Shown: piece after piece, positions 61,026 through 64,000 of the stretch | Numbering within the stretch: the first letter of the stretch is position 1 | Layout of the letters: every line of letters starts with the position of its first letter | NCBI GenBank assembly: GCA_025061115.1 | Contig: JANZKC010000002.1 | Span: 160,001 to 224,000, forward strand | Source of the DNA: Candidatus Culexmicrobium cathedralense | Lineage (GTDB): Archaea > Thermoproteota > Methanomethylicia > Culexarchaeales > Culexmicrobiaceae | Reading direction: 5' to 3' | DNA length: 64,000 nucleotides | Made by a program: the position numbers and the translations under genes | The notes under the pieces: generated by a model | The model's database searches: none | Told to the model about the DNA's origin: nothing | Seen by the model: only the letters and a program-made list of their open reading frames with translations

Positions 61026-61091
61026 CTAAATCACCACCAATTAATTTAACTTGCAGCCTTTTAAGATTATTTACAGCAATAAATATTAATT

Positions 61092-62891
61092 CTACTTCTT
61101 CTTTTTGGGGACATAGTAGTAGTATTCGCCAATTGCCTTTTGATGCCTGTCCAGCCAGGAGTTTGGCTTATTAACTCTAGGCCTACCAGTCTGAGGATCT
61201 CTCCTAAAAGTTACACCCACATCCTTAAGGAAAACGTTCATCCCCTTCCTAAGCCCAACTGGCCTTGCAGCTCGCCCCTCAACTCCAGGCTCCCCCGAAA
61301 ATACCATCAAGCTATTCGCAATCAAGCTTTGCACAATCAAGTCATGCTCAACGACAAAAGCAGCGGCCGCCCTACCCTCAACAATCCTCTTAATAATTCT
61401 GGCAACTGCAATTCTCTGCTCAACATCGAGATAAGCGCTGGGCTCGTCTAGCAAGTATATGTTCGCATCCATCGACAAGCAAGTTGCAATTGCAACTCTT
61501 TGAAGCTCACCTCCACTTAGCTCGGAAACGCTTCTGTCAAGCAGCTCTTGGAGGCCTAGCGGCTCTATTATTTCAGCCTTAAACCATGACGAGCCGTAAT
61601 TCTCGCCAGCAGCCTTCCTAAGGAGGGCTTCAACGCTACCTCTATAGGTTGGAGTCAAGTATTGAGGTTTATAGCTTATCTTCAAGCCGTATGCAGGAGC
61701 AAAACCTTCATCAGGCTCAATAATTCCTCCAATCAACTTGACGAACGTGGTTTTTCCGATTCCATTCGGACCTAAAATGCCGACGACCTCTCCAACGTGA
61801 ATTTCACCTGAATCAACCTTAAGCGTGAAATCTCCAAGCCTCTTAACCATACCGCCCCACTTCAAAAGTACGCTTTCAGGCCTCCACTCAATTTGACTTG
61901 GAGCTACATCAAATCTAACGGGCTCACGCCTAAACATGACATTTTCATCGGGCAAATATCCGTCAAGGTAAATGTTGATTCCAACGCGGACGCCGTGAAC
62001 TCTCGAAACAATGCCGTAAGCTCCCGGCTTACCGTAAAAAATGCAGACTTGATCTGAAATGTAATCTAAAACCGCTAAGTCGTGCTCAACAACTATGACG
62101 TACTTACCATCACCTGCGAGAGACCTAATAACTTTAGCTACTCGCATACGCTGATACACGTCTAAGTAGCTTGAAGGCTCGTCGAACAGGTAGACATCAG
62201 CATCCCTAGAAGCCACCGCTGCGACAGCAACTCGCTGAAGCTCACCTCCGCTTAGCACGGAAATGTCCCTACTCCAAATAGCATCGAGCTCAAGCAACCT
62301 TCTAAGCTCACTTATCACGCCACGCTCATCAACTTTCCTTAAAAGCTCTCCAACAACACCCTTGACAACCCGCGGGATTTTATCCACATACTGCGGCTTA
62401 TGAAATATCCTAAGTCGCCCACGTGAAAGCTTTTGAAAGTAATTTTGAAGCTCAGAGCCTCGATAATACCTTATCACTTCATCCCAACTTGGAGGTGAGT
62501 CATGCCTCCCTAAATTTGGCTTGATCTCTCCAGCCAAGATTTTTAATGCAGTGGTCTTTCCAACAGCATTTGGACCTATAAGCCCTAAAACTATGCCAGG
62601 CTTAGGTAGGGGGAGCCTGTAAAGCTTAAATGCATTGGGACCATACCTGTGAGAACACTCCTCCTCAAGCTCATCAGGCAAATTAACAATCTTAATTGCT
62701 TTAAATGGACATTTCCTAACGCAAATCCCGCAGCCCGAGCATAAAAGCTCAGCTATTACTGGCTTGCCAGTGGTCTCATCAAAAGTAACAGTTTGATCCC
62801 CACTCCTAACTCTAGGGCAAAAGCGATAACACTCCCTATTACAGTCCTTAGGCTTACAGCGATCCAAATCCAATATCGCAATTCTAACCAA
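61092..62891 (-). CDS. rli: Ribosome recycling ATPase ABCE1/RLI
   Basis: N-terminal Fe-S Cys cluster and two ABC domains with LSGGELQR; probable TTG start at 62891. Confidence 0.96.
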   Translation of the reverse strand: MVRIAILDLDRCKPKDCNRECYRFCPRVRSGDQTVTFDETTGKPVIAELLCSGCGICVRKCPFKAIKIVNLPDELEEECSHRYGPNAFKLYRLPLPKPGIVLGLIGPNAVGKTTALKILAGEIKPNLGRHDSPPSWDEVIRYYRGSELQNYFQKLSRGRLRIFHKPQYVDKIPRVVKGVVGELLRKVDERGVISELRRLLELDAIWSRDISVLSGGELQRVAVAAVASRDADVYLFDEPSSYLDVYQRMRVAKVIRSLAGDGKYVIVVEHDLAVLDYISDQVCIFYGKPGAYGIVSRVHGVRVGINIYLDGYLPDENVMFRREPVRFDVAPSQIEWRPESVLLKWGGMVKRLGDFTLKVDSGEIHVGEVVGILGPNGIGKTTFVKLIGGIIEPDEGFAPAYGLKISYKPQYLTPTYRGSVEALLRKAAGENYGSSWFKAEIIEPLGLQELLDRSVSELSGGELQRVAIATCLSMDANIYLLDEPSAYLDVEQRIAVARIIKRIVEGRAAAAFVVEHDLIVQSLIANSLMVFSGEPGVEGRAARPVGLRKGMNVFLKDVGVTFRRDPQTGRPRVNKPNSWLDRHQKAIGEYYYYVPKKKK

Positions 62892-62947
62892 CAGGCTCCC
62901 CCCAGCCACCAGCTCCGTAAAAGATATGTTGAGCAATGCAATTTAAC

Positions 62948-63022
62948 TTGTGGGAGATGATGTCAAGGCGACGGCGAGCACATAGATGGATGGCTGGTGC
63001 TGTGGACACTGATCCCCCACAA
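62948..63022 (+). ncRNA. Possible atypical box C/D-like sRNA
   Basis: TTGTGGG/CCCACAA terminal stem, ATGATG near the 5' end and CTGA near the 3' end; internal boxes unclear. Confidence 0.4.
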
Positions 63023-63063
63023 ACAATATAAAAGTAAGTAGTTAATTGCGCTTGAAATCGCCA

Positions 63064-63351
63064 TCAGCCAGGCTCACTTTCACTCTCAGTTTCAGCATAC
63101 GTTTCTAGGAAAAGCCTATAGTAATCCTCCATGAGCTCCTGCTCTTCCTTGGACTTCTTAATCATCCTCATTTCAGCTTCACCAACAACAGCCATTTTCC
63201 TGCGCTTGCCCTCTTCAACCGCATACGTTACTTTATATGAATTTGAGTTCTTAAGCTTCTTAATGAAACCACAGCTCCTACAAACTAGAACTGTCTCGCC
63301 ATCACGCCTTTCAGGCACAAGCATTCTACCGCATTTTTCACAGAATTCCAA
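63064..63351 (-). CDS. TFS/RpoM paralog with N-terminal Zn ribbon only
   Basis: EFCEKCG..L.P...CRSCG then an acidic tail; no second ribbon; TTG start after GGAGG. Confidence 0.75.
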   Translation of the reverse strand: MEFCEKCGRMLVPERRDGETVLVCRSCGFIKKLKNSNSYKVTYAVEEGKRRKMAVVGEAEMRMIKKSKEEQELMEDYYRLFLETYAETESESEPG

Positions 63352-63500
63352 ACCATACGCCTCCAATATACCGGGAAGGTAGATCCGTAACACACTACCG
63401 CTTTAGAGTCTGAAAGCACCCCTAAATATTTAAAGTTAACGTTAAGTGAGTTAGAACCCTTTATTTAAGGGGCTTACACAATATATTTTGGGAGAAAAGC

Positions 63501-64000
63501 ATGTCCGGAATCCCACTAGTATTCCCATTTTCAGCAATAGTTGATCAGGAGAAAATGAAGCTCGCGTTACTGCTCAACGCCATCAACCCAAGAATTGGAG
63601 GAGTCCTAATTAGAGGAGCCAAAGGAACTGGTAAAAGCACAGCAGTAAGAGCACTAGCAGACCTGCTACCAGAAATCGAAGTCGTCAAGGGATGCCCATT
63701 CAACTGCAATCCAAGAGACCCAACAAACATGTGCGAGATCTGCAGGGAAAAATACGAGGCAGGAGAGGAATTGCCAGTTGAAAGAAGGAAAATGCGAATA
63801 ATAACACTGCCAATAGGAGCAACTGAAGATAGAGTTGTGGGAACGCTTGACATCACTAGAGCCATCAGAGAAGGAGTAAAGGCATTAGAGCCAGGCCTGC
63901 TAGCCGAAGCAAATCAAAACATTCTGTACGTCGACGAAATAAATCTACTTCCAGACCACATTGTAGACGACATTTTAGATGCAGCAGCATCGGGCTGGAA
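63501..64000 (+). CDS. Mg-chelatase ChlI/ChlD-like AAA+ ATPase, 3'-truncated by window edge
   Basis: [27 protein letters not shown] and LYVDEINLL. Confidence 0.9.
   Translation, partial: MSGIPLVFPFSAIVDQEKMKLALLLNAINPRIGGVLIRGAKGTGKSTAVRALADLLPEIEVVKGCPFNCNPRDPTNMCEICREKYEAGEELPVERRKMRIITLPIGATEDRVVGTLDITRAIREGVKALEPGLLAEANQNILYVDEINLLPDHIVDDILDAAASGW

Overview
Gene-dense archaeal chromosome segment, most consistent with a thermophilic TACK/Thermoproteota lineage (crenarchaeal-type PolB1, eS26, class I LysRS, FBP aldolase/phosphatase, C/D and H/ACA guide RNAs). Positions 1-21.3 kb hold a complex-I-like group 4 [NiFe]-hydrogenase split into four blocks and interleaved with A-type ATPase I/C/K and RNA-processing genes. 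Positions 21-27.9 kb are housekeeping. Positions 27.9-37.5 kb hold a type IV pilus locus flanked by a KaiC-like protein with a degenerate Walker A and a TackOD1-like Zn-ribbon/REase protein. polB1 is followed by tRNA-Arg(CCG) and a decayed AT-rich island (two integrase remnants, a HEPN pair, a secreted beta-rich protein), then trm14 and argS. Next is an AT-rich SipW-dependent TasA/archaeal-bundling-pilus-like fibre locus with three pilins, two wHTH regulators, a candidate operator and a 58/59-bp identical repeat shared by two pilin genes. The window ends with an intron-containing tRNA-Arg(GCG), htpX, tpiA, fbp, ABCE1, a truncated TFS paralog and a partial ChlI-like gene. All product calls come from motif recognition by eye; no database searches were run, and composition statements are visual estimates.
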